Made by a program: the position numbers and the translations under genes. Source: Aplysia californica (taxonomy: Eukaryota). Taken from it: a stretch of DNA of 64,000 nt. Shown in pieces: positions 63,385 to 64,000 of the stretch (the first letter of the stretch is position 1; the number at the start of each line of letters is the position of its first letter). The DNA lies in NCBI RefSeq assembly GCF_000002075.1, contig NW_004797520.1:366072-430071 (forward strand). The letters are read 5' to 3'. The notes under the pieces were generated by a model that was not told where the DNA came from, did not search any database, and was given only the letters and a program-made list of their open reading frames with translations.

Positions 63385-64000
63385 CTTATTTTTTTGTGGG
63401 GGAAAAATATTTTATTGGAAATAGAATAGCACAGTGGTTGGTTAAAAGCTCAGTATGTGTTTCTGAGTTTTGTTCCTGTACACTGGCTTCTGTTGTGGTG
63501 TTTTTTGGCTGTTGGCCGTTGTATGTAGAATGCTTGAGCTCAATTGGAGTATGGGGAGGTTTGTTTATCGAGTATTTCTGTGGGTTTGCTTGGATGTTAG
63601 ATCCCTATGGGCTGGGGTTGGCCCTGACACATTTGATAGAAACATTATATGGTTGTTTTTAAGAACAAGCAGGCTAACCCAGATTTTGGGGGTTTCCAGA
63701 AATTCTGACCTACACCAAATCTACCTAGAGGAGAAGTTTTATTTTTGTTTAGTTATAGAGAAAACTCTCCTTGTTTTAAAAAAAAAATGAACAAGGGTCC
63801 AAAAACTTTACCTTCGATTTTCTCAAAACAGCATTTTTCGGGAAAGCCTTCTTGTGCTTAAAAGCGACCATATATGACCTGTTGGTTGGTAGCCTTTTTT
63901 GGTTTGATTCCTTCCATTTTAAAAAAAAAGTTTTTTTTCCCCCCCAAGTGTCCTTAATATCCTCATCCACATCTGATGAAACATGACTGTTATCATGCCG

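Overview
AT-rich eukaryotic (animal) genomic DNA with four assembly gaps. The repeat landscape suggests a mollusc or other lophotrochozoan, but that is inference. Bases 1-7980 are a degenerate 21-bp satellite. Five protein-coding genes were reconstructed by hand with consistent splice phases: SMIM30 (57-aa microprotein, minus); ING3 (10 coding exons, 400 aa, minus); AMT/GCVT (9 exons, 400 aa, plus, head-to-head with ING3); PCTP/STARD2 (6 coding exons, 223 aa, minus, with a U12-type intron); and PNPLA8/iPLA2-gamma (plus, first 5 coding exons, cut by the window end, head-to-head with PCTP). Introns and intergenic DNA carry SINEs, LINE 3' ends and several MITE families. The most unusual signal is a ~175-bp retroposon ('family A', about 16 loci) with no recognisable Pol III promoter. 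It sits mostly in the sense orientation of the host gene and usually within 10-60 nt of a splice site. In one case its insertion duplicated the 3' splice site itself, and adjacent exons are GC3-enriched. Most entries in the ORF track are spurious.
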